Shown: piece by piece, positions 35,060 to 45,500 of the stretch
How the letters are laid out: each line of letters begins with the position of its first letter
Position numbering within the stretch: the first letter of the stretch is position 1
NCBI GenBank assembly: GCA_016178505.1
Contig: JACOTG010000190.1
Coordinates: forward strand, 16,939-80,938
Length of the DNA stretch: 64,000 bases
Direction of reading: 5' to 3'
DNA from: Planctomycetota bacterium
GTDB lineage: Bacteria > Planctomycetota > JACOTG01
The notes under the pieces: generated by a model
Databases searched by the model: none
What the model was told of the DNA's origin: nothing
Seen by the model: the letters and a program-made list of their open reading frames with translations, nothing else
Made by a program: the position numbers and the translations under genes

Positions 35060-36508
35060 GTGATCGTGCAGGGGTTGAACGCCAAGCTCCAGCAAGCTCG
35101 CGCGTGGTTCGATGTCGTCCACGTCGCGGTAGTGGCTGTCGACGCAACGGGGAAGATCGTTCTCGTCAATCGCAGGGCGGGGGAACTCCTCGGCTGGTCT
35201 CCCACCGAACTCATCGATCGTAATTGGTTCGAATCGGTCATTCCCGAACGGGCGCGAGCCGGCTCCCGTTCGCACCTCGATCGCATCCTCGCGGGCTGGT
35301 CCCTCGAGCAATTCGAGGGACCCGTCGTGACGCGCCCGGGCGAGGAGCGATCGCTCGTGTGGCATCCTTCGGCGCTCCGCAGTGACGATGGCCGCGTCGT
35401 CGGGATGATCGTGAGCGGGGATGACGTGACCGCGCGAGACATCTCCGATCGCGAATCGAAGCAGTCGATTCGCATGCTCGCCGAGTTCAAGTTCGCGCTC
35501 GACCAATCGGCGATCGTCGCGACGACCGACCGAAAGGGTCTCATCACCTACGCGAACGACAAGTTCTGCGAGATCTCGAAATACTCGCGCGAGGAGCTGC
35601 TCGGGAAAGACCATCGCATTTTGAATTCCGGACTGCATCCGAAGGAGTTCATGCACAACCTGTGGCGAACGATCTCGTCGGGGAAGATTTGGCGGGGCGA
35701 GATCCGCAACCGCGCGAAGGATGGGTCCCACTACTGGGTCGATACGACGATCGTCCCGTTCCTCGGCTCGGACGGCGCGCCGTACCAGTACCTCGCCATC
35801 CGCGCCGACATCACGGAGAGAAAGCGCGCGCAAGACGCACTCCTCGAGCAGGAGTCCTTGGCGATGCTCGGACAGATGGCCGCGGTGGTTGCCCATGAGG
35901 TGAAGAACCCGCTTGCCGGAATCTCCGGGGTGATCCAAGTCCTTGCCGATCGCTTTCCCGACCCGAGCACGGAGCGCGAGATGATCGCCGCGGTGCTCGC
36001 GCGAACGGAGTCGCTCAACAAGATGATCGAAGACCTTCTCGTCTTCGCGCGACCACGCGCTCCGAAGATTGCTCGCGTCGATCTGCTGTTTCTCCTTCGA
36101 GAAGCGAAGTCGCTTCTGGCGGACGATCCGAACCACCGCGAGGTCGTCGTGGAATTGCCGAATGACGCCCCGGCACTTTGGGTCGATCCCGATCTTCTTC
36201 AGCCCGTGTTCTTCAATCTCTTCCTGAACGCGTCCCAGGCCATGAAGAGTCGTGGTCGGATCCGAGTCTCGACTTCGTCGTGGAACGATGCTTGCCGGAT
36301 TGCGTTCGCCGACGACGGACCCGGGATTCCGGCCGAGATTCGCGAGAAGGTGTTCGATCCCTTCTTCACGACGAAGCACCGCGGCACGGGCCTGGGCCTC
36401 GCCATTGCCAAGCGGGTGATTGGGGCACACGGCGGCGAGATCGCCGTCGACTGTCCTCCGGACGGAGGAACGACGTTCCTCGTGACGCTGCCGCTTGCTC
36501 GAGGTTGA
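35060..36508 (+). CDS. PAS-PAS sensor histidine kinase
   Basis: Two PAS-like segments (VAVDATGKIVLVNRRAGELLGW and TTDRKGLITYANDKFCEISKYSREELLGKDHRILNSG..GEIRNRAKDGSHYWV). H-box: AAVVAHEVKNPLAGI. N, G1 and G2 boxes: NLFLNASQAM, FADDGPGI, GTGLGLAI. The exact start is uncertain (GTG 35060, GTG 35066 or TTG 35075). Confidence 0.9.
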   Translation: MIVQGLNAKLQQARAWFDVVHVAVVAVDATGKIVLVNRRAGELLGWSPTELIDRNWFESVIPERARAGSRSHLDRILAGWSLEQFEGPVVTRPGEERSLVWHPSALRSDDGRVVGMIVSGDDVTARDISDRESKQSIRMLAEFKFALDQSAIVATTDRKGLITYANDKFCEISKYSREELLGKDHRILNSGLHPKEFMHNLWRTISSGKIWRGEIRNRAKDGSHYWVDTTIVPFLGSDGAPYQYLAIRADITERKRAQDALLEQESLAMLGQMAAVVAHEVKNPLAGISGVIQVLADRFPDPSTEREMIAAVLARTESLNKMIEDLLVFARPRAPKIARVDLLFLLREAKSLLADDPNHREVVVELPNDAPALWVDPDLLQPVFFNLFLNASQAMKSRGRIRVSTSSWNDACRIAFADDGPGIPAEIREKVFDPFFTTKHRGTGLGLAIAKRVIGAHGGEIAVDCPPDGGTTFLVTLPLARG

Positions 36509-36665
36509 GCGCCACTTCGCTTCTGCCCGTCCCGAACACCGATGAGTGTGGCGTATCATCCATTTGCATTGCAGAGGGCGAAGCCGGTCGAACCGGTCGA
36601 CGCGGCACCGATTTCTTGCGGCGCGAGCCATGGGGAGTGCCGCACTCTCTGCGGCGGCCGGTCCG

Positions 36666-37447
36666 TTACTCGACGCGCACGATGACCGCGTTGGTCACCG
36701 AGTAGCCGCGCACGTGACTCGATGCCGCATCCTCGAGGACGCCTCGCAGCGTCCAGTCGCCCGTGATCGAGAGGCCCCTCCCGCGCCGCACCGAGAACGG
36801 AGCTCGCGCCGGCGCGCCGGGGATCTCGGATACACCCGGCCCGTTGCCGATAGAACGAAACCGTTGTTGCCCCAGATGGTGGGGCTCGGCGAGTTGGGGT
36901 TTCCATACTCGCCGAAGACGCTCGGCGGATTCGACTCGGGTACGGAAGTCACGCCCTCACGGATGAGGAGAGCGAGCGCCCCCGAAACCTCCATCCACAG
37001 GCCGTCGTTGTTCGTGTTGTCCACGCCGGGTCCCGCGACGATCGCCTGAAACGCGACCTGATCGCCGTCGCCGATCATCGGCTCCGAGGCCCATCCCGAG
37101 AATCGAACGTCGGCACCGCAGCCAGGCGCCAGCGCGCCCTTGCGCGTCACCGCGCGGAGGCGGCCCGCACGCGTCGACCAAACGCCTTCGTCATTGGTCG
37201 CATCGATGGTCGTGCCGGCGATCGTCGCGAGAAACGCCACGGCACCTGAATCGCTGAGCGAGGGCGATCCGAGCGGGAATCCAGACGCCCCGAACGAGAC
37301 GAACACGACGCCCGGACCCAGCGACGGACCGAGCGGTCCGTCCGTCCCCGTGAGTGCGACGGGACGAATCGACTGAGCGCCGGCAGGGACGCCGCCGACG
37401 AGGACCGGTAGCGACATCATTGCGATGGCGAGGCGTGAGCCGAACAT
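36666..37447 (-). pseudogene. Secreted repeat protein (paralogue family of 47584..48804) with an apparent frameshift near 36830-36850
   Basis: Frame A (track ORF 36695..37516, signal peptide MFGSRLAIAMMSLPVLVGGVPAGAQS) is protein-like up to ..TIWGNNGFVLSATG, then becomes Arg-rich. A second frame continues plausibly as GPGVSEIPGAPARAPFSVRRGRGLSITGDWTLRGVLEDAASSHVRGYSVTNAVIVRVE(stop at 36666). The switch lies at the GGGCCGGG run. Confidence 0.5.
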
Positions 37448-37611
37448 CACGAAACGAGAATTCCTGTTCGTGAGCGCGCCGCGCGTGCGATCGATCAGCA
37501 TATGGCAACTCCCCATATCAGAAGCAAGGTGGAAGCCATAGGCTCGTCGGGATCCACGTGTCCGTTCCGATCTCGATGCGGACGTCCGTCACGATGTGTG
37601 ATTCCGCGTTT

Positions 37612-37893
37612 CTACTTCGCCGAGCGTTTGAGTACCTCCGAGAGTTCCGAATCCTCGACGACAGGCACGATCGAGAGTTCCATGACGTCGCTCCACATGA
37701 GGGCGTATTGGGTCAACGCCTTGGAATCGTCGCTCTCGATCAGATCGTACCCGCCGCTGAAGTCCGCCCGAGTCCAACGCCCGATCAGCTTCGCTCCTTT
37801 TGGCGGCAGTCCACCCGTCTTCTGAAATCGAGCAATCGCTTCTTCACGACTTGCGGCGTCAGCGGAGAGGGAAAACGTCAGCATGAATTTCAT
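37612..37893 (-). CDS. DUF3303-like small protein
   Basis: Track ORF starts at 38043. ATG 37893 has AAGGAG upstream and gives MKFMLTFSLSADAASREEAIARFQKTGGLPPKGAKLIGRWTRADFSGGYDLIESDDSKALTQYALMWSDVMELSIVPVVED. Confidence 0.7.
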   Translation of the reverse strand: MKFMLTFSLSADAASREEAIARFQKTGGLPPKGAKLIGRWTRADFSGGYDLIESDDSKALTQYALMWSDVMELSIVPVVEDSELSEVLKRSAK

Positions 37894-38482
37894 TCGTCGC
37901 TCCTTTTCGATTGAAGTTCGAACATTGGGCATCTCTACGGAATCCGACATGCGTTCGGATTGCCGAATTCGGACTCTTTCCGGCGATGGGCTCCGGCGTT
38001 CGATCCACACGCCAAACACGCATGCAGCGAGCGCGTCACTCATGATGAGGATCGCCTCGTCGCCAGACGATGGAAAACCGAACCACGCAGGGGCGGAAAC
38101 GGAGGCTCGAGATTCCTCGCATCAGTGAACTTCCGCGGACGCGTAGCGACGCACCGAATGCAGTGTCCCGGCGCGCCAGCAGACGCGGCCGCGGTGCGGC
38201 GGTCCACCCGTCCCGCTCCATGCGACGACCGATGCATCGCCACCGAAGCCGATCCGGCAGCGGCACCGGTTGCGAGGAGTCGAAGTTCGTCGACCGACAC
38301 CGGTGTCCGCACCGGAGTTCTCACGATGAATCGTCGCGTTTTTCCTGGGGGAAGAAACCCCTCTCTCGTGGTATGTACTGACCGCCGAAGGCGAGGCCAT
38401 CGACCCGCTCGACTGGCCGAGTGGGCGTGGCTCACGGCCCGTCTTCGTCGCCGGAGTCCGACGACACTCGCGAGTCCGGCAG

Positions 38483-38504
38483 TTTCATACCGATCGATAT
38501 GAAA
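38483..38504. promoter_or_regulatory. 22 bp near-perfect palindrome (operator-like) upstream of the SDR pair
   Basis: TTTCATACCGATCGATATGAAA. 20 of 22 positions are self-complementary, with 7 bp perfect outer arms TTTCATA/TATGAAA. It sits in an AT-rich stretch 74 nt upstream of ATG 38578. Confidence 0.4.
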
Positions 38505-38577
38505 ATCATTGACACCTCGTTTCGAAAAAGCCATCCCACTACCGAACGATACAGAACTGGCGAAAGGACGGGATGCC

Positions 38578-38820
38578 ATGACGAAAGCTCTCTCGGGAAA
38601 GGTCGCATGGGTCACGGGCGGGTCACGCGGTATCGGCGCAGCGATTGCAACTTGGTTGTCCGCCGACGGGCCGTTTGCCGCGAGCCTGATGGGACGGTTG
38701 GCAGTCGGGCGCTACGGAAACGTGGACGAGGTCGCCAGCATGGTGTCGTATCTCGCCTCTCCGGATGCCGCCTACGTCACGGGCGCCAGCCTGAACGTGG
38801 ACGGCGGATTCACTGCCTGA
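38578..38820 (+). pseudogene. Short-chain dehydrogenase/reductase (SDR) with a large internal deletion
   Basis: 80 aa product. The cofactor loop KVAWVTGGSRGIGAAIATWLSADG is joined almost directly to the SDR C-terminus GRYGNVDEVASMVSYLASPDAAYVTGASLNVDGGFTA. The catalytic S..YxxxK core (about 170 aa) is missing. Confidence 0.65.
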
Positions 38821-38844
38821 TCCAGTCACCACACTTTCAGGAGC

Positions 38845-39603
38845 ATGAACATGTCAGGGAAACTCGCGGGAAAAGTAGCCGTCATCACCGGGGGAAACAG
38901 TGGGATCGGCCTTGCCACGGCCAAACGTTTCGCCGCAGAAGGCGCCCATGTCTTCATTACTGGTCGCCGTCGAGAGGCGCTCGACGCGGCGGCCAAGCAG
39001 ATCGACGGGAAGGTTACCGCGGTTCAAGGCGACGTCTCGAAGCTCGCCGATCTCGATCGCCTCTACGCCACGGTGAAGCAGCAGCAAGGCCACATCGACG
39101 TTCTTTTCGCCAACGCGGGCGGCGGCACGTTCGCTCCGCTCGGCTCGATCACCGAGGAGCACTTCGACAAGGCGTTCGACGTCAACGTCAAAGGACTTCT
39201 CTTCACGGTGCAGAAGGCGCTGCCGTTGTTCAGGGACGGCGGCTCCATCATCTTGAATGCCTCCATCACGGCATCCAAAGGTATGGAAGCGTTCAGCGTC
39301 TACAGCGCTACAAAGGCGGCCGTTCGATCGTTCGCGCGCTGCTGGACGGTCGATCTCAAGGCGAGAAAGATCCGCGTCAACGCGATCAGCCCGGGCCCGA
39401 TCGACACGCCGGGGCTGACGGGTCTCGCGACGACGGAGGAGCAGGTCGCCCAAATCAAGGAGAGCTTGGTCTCCACCGTTCCGCTGGGTCGCACGGGCAC
39501 CCCCGATGAGATCGCCAAGGCCGTCGTGTTCCTCGCCTCGGACGACAGCAGCTACGTGACCGGCATCGAGCTGTTCGTCGATGGGGGGATGGCGCAAGTC
39601 TAG
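38845..39603 (+). CDS. Short-chain dehydrogenase/reductase (classical SDR)
   Basis: VAVITGGNSGIGLATAKRFAAEGAHVFITGR, NAGG, SVYSATKAAVRSF (YxxxK), ISPGPIDTPG, and the C-terminal YVTGIELFVDGG. Confidence 0.95.
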   Translation: MNMSGKLAGKVAVITGGNSGIGLATAKRFAAEGAHVFITGRRREALDAAAKQIDGKVTAVQGDVSKLADLDRLYATVKQQQGHIDVLFANAGGGTFAPLGSITEEHFDKAFDVNVKGLLFTVQKALPLFRDGGSIILNASITASKGMEAFSVYSATKAAVRSFARCWTVDLKARKIRVNAISPGPIDTPGLTGLATTEEQVAQIKESLVSTVPLGRTGTPDEIAKAVVFLASDDSSYVTGIELFVDGGMAQV

Positions 39604-39658
39604 GATTCGCTCCGTTGGTCGCGAGACGCCTACACGATCGAATCAGGGGTGCAGCACG

Positions 39659-41374
39659 ATGAGAGCGAGAGACGTCGGTGATTCGCAGCGCGCCGTGCGC
39701 CGCGTCTCATCGGCGCGCATCGGCAGTGTGACGACGGTTTCCGGTGGGGCGGTGATCGCATGCCTCGCGGCATCGATCGGAATCAACGGCTGCAGGGTCG
39801 GGCCAGACTATGTCCGACCGCGTGCCGAACTGCCCGAGTCGTGGCGGGACGCGAAGTCTCCCGTAGCCTCGTCTGCGGACGAGAACGCGCGATGGTGGCG
39901 CGAGTTCGAAGATCCCGTGCTGGCGTCGCTCGTCGAGAAAGCGCTGGTGCAGAATCTCAGCCTGCGTCAAACCGGCTTGCGCGTCATCGAGGCCCGTGCG
40001 TTGCGCGGCATCGCCGCCGGCGAGTTCTTTCCGCAGACGCAGACGGCGTTCGGGAACGCTTCGAGCAATCGCAAGAGCAAGAACTCGCCGCAGGGGCTCC
40101 TCGACCGCTCGTACGACGAGTACTCGGTCGGACTGCAGGCGGCATGGGAATTGGACTTCTGGGGCAGATTCCGTCGAGGGATCGAATCTGCCGACGCTTC
40201 GCTCGATGCGACCGTCGCGGACTACGACACGGCGCTCGTGCTTCTCGCAGCAGACACCGCGTCGAATTACGTGCGGATTCGGTCGATTCAGGAGCAGTTG
40301 AAATTCACTCGCGCGAACGTGAAGTCGCAACAGGACACGGTCGAACTCACGCGGATCCGGTTCAACGCCGGCGCCGTCTCGGAGCTCGACGTCTCGACCG
40401 CGCAGGCGACGCTCTCGAACACCCAAGCGCTGATTCCCGAGCTCGAGGACTCTCTCCGCCAGACGAAGCTCGGACTCTGCGTCCTGCTCGGTCGGGTTCC
40501 ATCCGAATTGGAAAACGAACTCGGCGACGAGCGGCCGGTGCCAACGGCACCCGTGGAGATCGCCCTTGGAATTCCCGGCGATCTCCTGCGGCGCCGACCC
40601 GACGTTCGTCGGGCCGAGCGGATGGCGGCCGCGTTATCCGCACAAATTGGAATCGCAGCGGCGGACTTCTATCCTTCGATCAGCATCACCGGTTCGACTG
40701 GCTTCCATACGTCGACGTTCGAGTCGCCGGGTTCGTCGCCGGGCGCGCGGAACATCCTCGATGCGAACTCGTTCGAGGGGTTCGTCGGCCTGGGAATCAG
40801 CTGGCCGATCCTGAACTACAGTCGAGTTCAGAACGGCGTCCGCGCGGCTGACGCGCGGTTTCAAGAAGCGGCCGTCGCCTACCAGGACGCCGTGCTGCAA
40901 GCAGCCGCGGACGTCGAAGCCGGTCTCTCGAGCTTCCTTCGAAGTCGAGAGCAAGCGACCTTTCTCGCTGAAAGCGTGACCGCGGCCCAACGCAGCGCCG
41001 ACCTGTCGTTGATCCAGTATCGTGCGGGCGCCGCGGACTTCCTGCGCGTCAATCAAGCGCAAGTGGACCTGGTCGACCGAGAGAACCGTCTCGTCATCGC
41101 TCACGCGAGCATCGCACTCGGCGCGATCGCGACTTATCGCGCGCTCGGCGGCGGCTGGCAGACGCGAGAGGGCACGGAGTTCGTGCCGCAGGAAACGATC
41201 TACGAGATGCGGGCTCGAACCGATTGGGGCGACATCCTGTCGCCGGAATACGAGCGCGGCGCGGATCTCTTGTTCCCGCGCACCCATTCCAGCGGACAGC
41301 GGGATGCGGCGCCGGAGCCGTCGCCGCGCGCGAGAGATCAGGAGTGGAAGGAGCAGCATGACCATCCGAAATGA
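39659..41374 (+). CDS. RND efflux outer-membrane factor lipoprotein (NodT family)
   Basis: ATG 39659 avoids overlap with the SDR gene. Lipobox ..SIGINGC followed by RVGPDYVRP. Two TolC-like repeats. GGGW near the C-terminus. Confidence 0.9.
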   Translation: MRARDVGDSQRAVRRVSSARIGSVTTVSGGAVIACLAASIGINGCRVGPDYVRPRAELPESWRDAKSPVASSADENARWWREFEDPVLASLVEKALVQNLSLRQTGLRVIEARALRGIAAGEFFPQTQTAFGNASSNRKSKNSPQGLLDRSYDEYSVGLQAAWELDFWGRFRRGIESADASLDATVADYDTALVLLAADTASNYVRIRSIQEQLKFTRANVKSQQDTVELTRIRFNAGAVSELDVSTAQATLSNTQALIPELEDSLRQTKLGLCVLLGRVPSELENELGDERPVPTAPVEIALGIPGDLLRRRPDVRRAERMAAALSAQIGIAAADFYPSISITGSTGFHTSTFESPGSSPGARNILDANSFEGFVGLGISWPILNYSRVQNGVRAADARFQEAAVAYQDAVLQAAADVEAGLSSFLRSREQATFLAESVTAAQRSADLSLIQYRAGAADFLRVNQAQVDLVDRENRLVIAHASIALGAIATYRALGGGWQTREGTEFVPQETIYEMRARTDWGDILSPEYERGADLLFPRTHSSGQRDAAPEPSPRARDQEWKEQHDHPK

Positions 41375-42581
41375 GCCCGGCTCGACGGGTCGAAGCGGGC
41401 CTTCGGCGCGCCGCGTCGGCGGGGCACCACTGGGACTCGTCGTCGCGGCCCTCGTCTCGACGTTGATCGGCTGCAAGCCGAAGGTGAATGCGTTCGTTCC
41501 ACCTCCGCCTCCGGACGTGACCGTTTCTCATGCGATTCGTCGACCGGTCACTCGATACCTGGAGTACACGGGGACGACCGAGGGATTCCAGACCGTGGAT
41601 CTGCGCGCGCGCGTCGCGGGATTTCTCGAGCAGGTCAACTTCAAGCCCGGAGCGCGCGTGAAGAAGGACGACTTGCTCTTCGTCATCGACAAGCGCACCT
41701 ACCAAGCCGCCGTCGACAAGGCGCAGGCGCAAGTATTCTCCGCGGAAGCTGCCTTCAAGGCCGCCGAGTCGGACGCGCGAATCGCCGAGGAACTGGCCGC
41801 GCAGCGCGCCGGAAGCGAAATCGACAAGATCACGAAGATCGGCAAGCGCGACTCGGCCAAAGCCGCCGTCGAAGCATCGAGGGCGGCGCTGGAGAGCGCA
41901 AAGCTCGACCTCGAGTTCTGTGACGTGCGTGCTCCGATCGATGGCCGGATCACGAAAAACCTCGTCGACGTCGGCAACCTGGTCGGGGCTGCGGGTCAGC
42001 CCACGCTGCTGGCGACCCTCGTCAGCGCACAACCGCTCTACGTTGCGATCGACGCCAGCGAAAGCGACGTCCTCGCGGTGCGGCGCGCGCGGTTGGCCAA
42101 GGCGCCGGACGCCGAGCCGGGGCAGATCGCGCCGGGTGAATGGCGTCCCGTCGATCTGGCGACCGCCGACCAAGAGGAGTTCCTCGTCCACGGTCACGTC
42201 GATTACGTCGACCCGGCGCTCAACCCTCAGACGGGGACGATCCACATTCGGTGCCGCTTCGAGAACGAGAACGAGGTATTGCTCCCCGGCATGTTCGTGC
42301 GCGTGCGCATCCTCATGGAAACTTCGGACGCCACGCTGGTGCCCGACATCGCCCTGCAGTCGGATCAGTCGGGGCGATATGCACTGGTCGTCAACGAGCA
42401 CGACGTGGTGGAGGTGCATCACGTGAAGATCGGAGCGCTCGACGGGAGCATGCGAGTGTTCGTCGAAGGGATCGCCGACTCGGACCGCATCGTCGTCAAC
42501 GGCCTTCAGAGGGCGCGTCCCGGGGCGGTGGTCAAGGCGACGTTCCAGGACAGCGGGCCCATCGTTCCCGTTGGGAATTAG
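41358..42581 (+). CDS. RND efflux periplasmic adaptor (MFP/HlyD family) lipoprotein
   Basis: ATG 41358 overlaps the OMF gene by 17 nt. Lipobox LIGC. YTGTTEGFQTVDLRARVAGFLEQVNFKPGARVKKDDLLFVID, coiled-coil region, CDVRAPIDGRI. Confidence 0.9.
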   Translation: MTIRNEPGSTGRSGPSARRVGGAPLGLVVAALVSTLIGCKPKVNAFVPPPPPDVTVSHAIRRPVTRYLEYTGTTEGFQTVDLRARVAGFLEQVNFKPGARVKKDDLLFVIDKRTYQAAVDKAQAQVFSAEAAFKAAESDARIAEELAAQRAGSEIDKITKIGKRDSAKAAVEASRAALESAKLDLEFCDVRAPIDGRITKNLVDVGNLVGAAGQPTLLATLVSAQPLYVAIDASESDVLAVRRARLAKAPDAEPGQIAPGEWRPVDLATADQEEFLVHGHVDYVDPALNPQTGTIHIRCRFENENEVLLPGMFVRVRILMETSDATLVPDIALQSDQSGRYALVVNEHDVVEVHHVKIGALDGSMRVFVEGIADSDRIVVNGLQRARPGAVVKATFQDSGPIVPVGN

Positions 42582-42595
42582 ACGCAAGGAATCCA

Positions 42596-45500
42596 ATGTT
42601 CAGCCTCTTCTTCATCCGGCGGCCCATCGTTGCGTGCGTGGTGTCGATCTTGATCATCCTCCTCGGAGTGGTGGCATTTCCGTCGCTGCCAGTGGCGCAG
42701 TATCCGCAAATCGCTCCGCCGGTCATTCGAGTGTCGACGAGCTATCCGGGCGCCAGCGCGCAGGTCATCGCGGACACCGTCGCGGCGCCGATCGAGCAGC
42801 AAGTCAACGGCGTCGACCACATGATCTACATGGAGAGCAATTCGGCGAGCGACAGCTCGTACACGCTGAACGTGAGCTTCGAGGTGGGAACCGACATCGA
42901 CATTGCATCGGTGCTCGTGCAGAACCGCGTGGCGATCGCACTCGCGCAGCTTCCGGAAGAAGTGCGCCGCCAAGGGGTGATCACGAACAAGGTTTCCACG
43001 AGCATCGTCTCGGTGCTCGCGCTGACCCCGAAGGACGCGCAGAAGACTCCGGAGTTCACCGACCTATACCTGGCGAACTATCTGCTGATCAACGTCAACG
43101 ACCAGGTCAAGCGCATCGCGGGCGTGGGCGACACCGTCATCCGTCCGTCGAAGGACTATGGGATGCGCATCTGGCTGGACCCCGACAAGCTCCGGGTCCG
43201 CCGCCTCACCACGGTGGACGTGAACAACGCGCTGCGCGAGCAGAACGTGCAGGTCGCAGCGGGGGTCATCGGCCAGCCTCCGGTCCCGGCCGGTCAGGGC
43301 TTTCAGTACACGGTGACGACACTCGGGCGGCTGGAGACTCCCGAGCAATTCGGGAAGATCATCGTGAAAGCCGACGGAAACCGTGTCACCTACTTGAAGG
43401 ACGTTGCGCGCATCGAACTGGGCGCACGGGCCTACGACACGTTGGGTCGAGTCGACGGCGTTCCCTCGGCCCTGATGGTCGTGTACCAGTCACCTGGCGG
43501 CAATTCCGTACAGGTCGCAGCGAGCCTGAGGAACCTGCTCGCGGAGCTGGGCCGCGGTCTGCCGCAAGGGCTGGAGTTCCGGACGATCTACGACACGTCC
43601 GACTTCGTCGTGTCGGCCATCGACGAGGTGTACAAGACGCTCTTCGAGGCGACGGCTCTCGTCATCCTCGTCGTCTTCGTGTTTCTCGGCAGCGTGCGAT
43701 CCACGCTCATCCCGATCGCCGCGATCCCCGTGTCGCTGGTGGGAACCTTCTTTGCGATGAAGATGTTCGGTTTCAGCCTCAACCTTCCCACTCTGTTCGG
43801 ATTGATTCTGGCAATCGGCATCGTCGTCGATGACGCCATCGTCGTCGTGGAGAATGTCGAGAGAAACCTCACTCAACGGCACCTTCCACCGAAGGAGGCC
43901 GCGTCCGAAGCCATGAAGGAAGTCTTCGGCCCCGTGGTCGGGATCTCGCTCGTGCTCATGGCGGTGTTCCTTCCCACAGCCGCATTGCCGGGCATCAGCG
44001 GGCAGCTCTATCGGCAGTTCGCGCTGACGATCGCGGCGAGCACTTTCTTCAGCACCGTGTGCGCGCTCACGCTGAGTCCGGCGCTCTCCGGAGTCATCTT
44101 GCGCGCGCACGCACAGGGCAAGAAGCACAACATCTTCAAGCGGACGTTCGACCGAGGATTCGACTTCATCGCGGGGTCGTACGCCGCGTTCGTGCGCCTC
44201 CTGATCCGCCCGACGACGATCGCGTTCTCGTTGCTCGGCTTCGGGGTCCTGTCCTTCCTGATCTTCTGGAGCGTTTCGCGCGTACCCACAGGCTTCGTTC
44301 CAGACGAAGACAAAGGCCTCATCATCGCCGAGGTCCGGATGCCCGACAGTGCCAGTCAAGATCGCACGCTCGGGGTCATGAAGGCAGTCGAACGCGTGTT
44401 TCAGTCTACGGATGGCGTTGCCCACATCGGCTCGTTCCAAGGCTTCTCGCTCATCGCGGGGAACGGTTCGAACTACGGCGTCGCCTTCGCCGGGCTCAAG
44501 CCCTGGTCGTATCGAGTCCCGAAGGGGCGCGACCTCCAGACGATGCTCGCGGAAGTGAGAAGCCGCTTTGCGCGGATCCAGGAGGGATTCGTCCTTGCGT
44601 TCTACTTGCCGGCGGTCGAGGGGGTGGGGAATGCGGCGGGCTTCGATCTTCGACTCGAGGACCGCGGCGGCGTTGGGCGGGAACAGCTGCAGCAATTCGT
44701 CCAAGAGCTGACGGCCGATGGAAACGCGCAGACCAAACTTCGTAGCGTCGCCAGCGCGTATCGCGCAGCCGTGCCCCAACTGTTCGCCGACATCGATCGC
44801 GAGAAAGCGAAGAAGCTGGGCATGCCGCTGCAAGACGTCTTCAACACGCTGAGCGTCAATCTGGGCTCCGCGTACGTCAACGACTTCTACCGCTTTGGTC
44901 GAACGTGGCAGGTCGACGTGCAGGCCGACAGCAGATTCCGATTCCGAGCCGATCAGGTGAAGCATCTCGAAGTTCGCACCCAACGCGGCGACATGGTGCC
45001 GTTGGGCTCGATTCTGAAAGTCGAAGAGTCCATGGGGCCGGACCGCGTGATCCGGTTCAACCTGTATCCAGCCGCGGCGATCAACGGCGCAAACGCTCCC
45101 GGCGTCAGCACCGGAGAAGCGATGGCGGTTGTCGAGGACATGATCACGAAGAAACAACCGCAAGGGATCGGCTTCGAATGGACGGCGCTGTCGTTTCAGG
45201 AAAAGAAAGCCGAAGGAACTGCGGGCCTCGTGTTCGCGCTCGCGCTGACCGTCGTCTACCTGATCCTTGCGGGACTCTATGAGAGCTGGACGATTCCACT
45301 GGCCGTGATCCTCTCGATTCCGCTCGCCGTTCTGGGCGCGATGCTGGGTCTCATGTATCGAGGCATGGACAACAACATCTACACGCAGGTCGGCTTGGTG
45401 CTCTTGGTGGGACTCGGCGCCAAGAACGCGATCCTCATCGTCGAATTCGCGAAGGGGAACCGAGAGAAGGGAATGGGGATCGCGGACTCGGTCGTCGAGG

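Noticed and set aside
42140-42595. The 5' extension of the track's 1214 aa RND ORF. Similar over-extensions occur at 41022-41357, 51797..53551, 21456-21662, 16728-16811 and 14284-14373.
   Set aside because: The extensions overlap upstream genes and are Arg-rich. Internal ATGs with SD motifs give canonical family N-termini or signal peptides.
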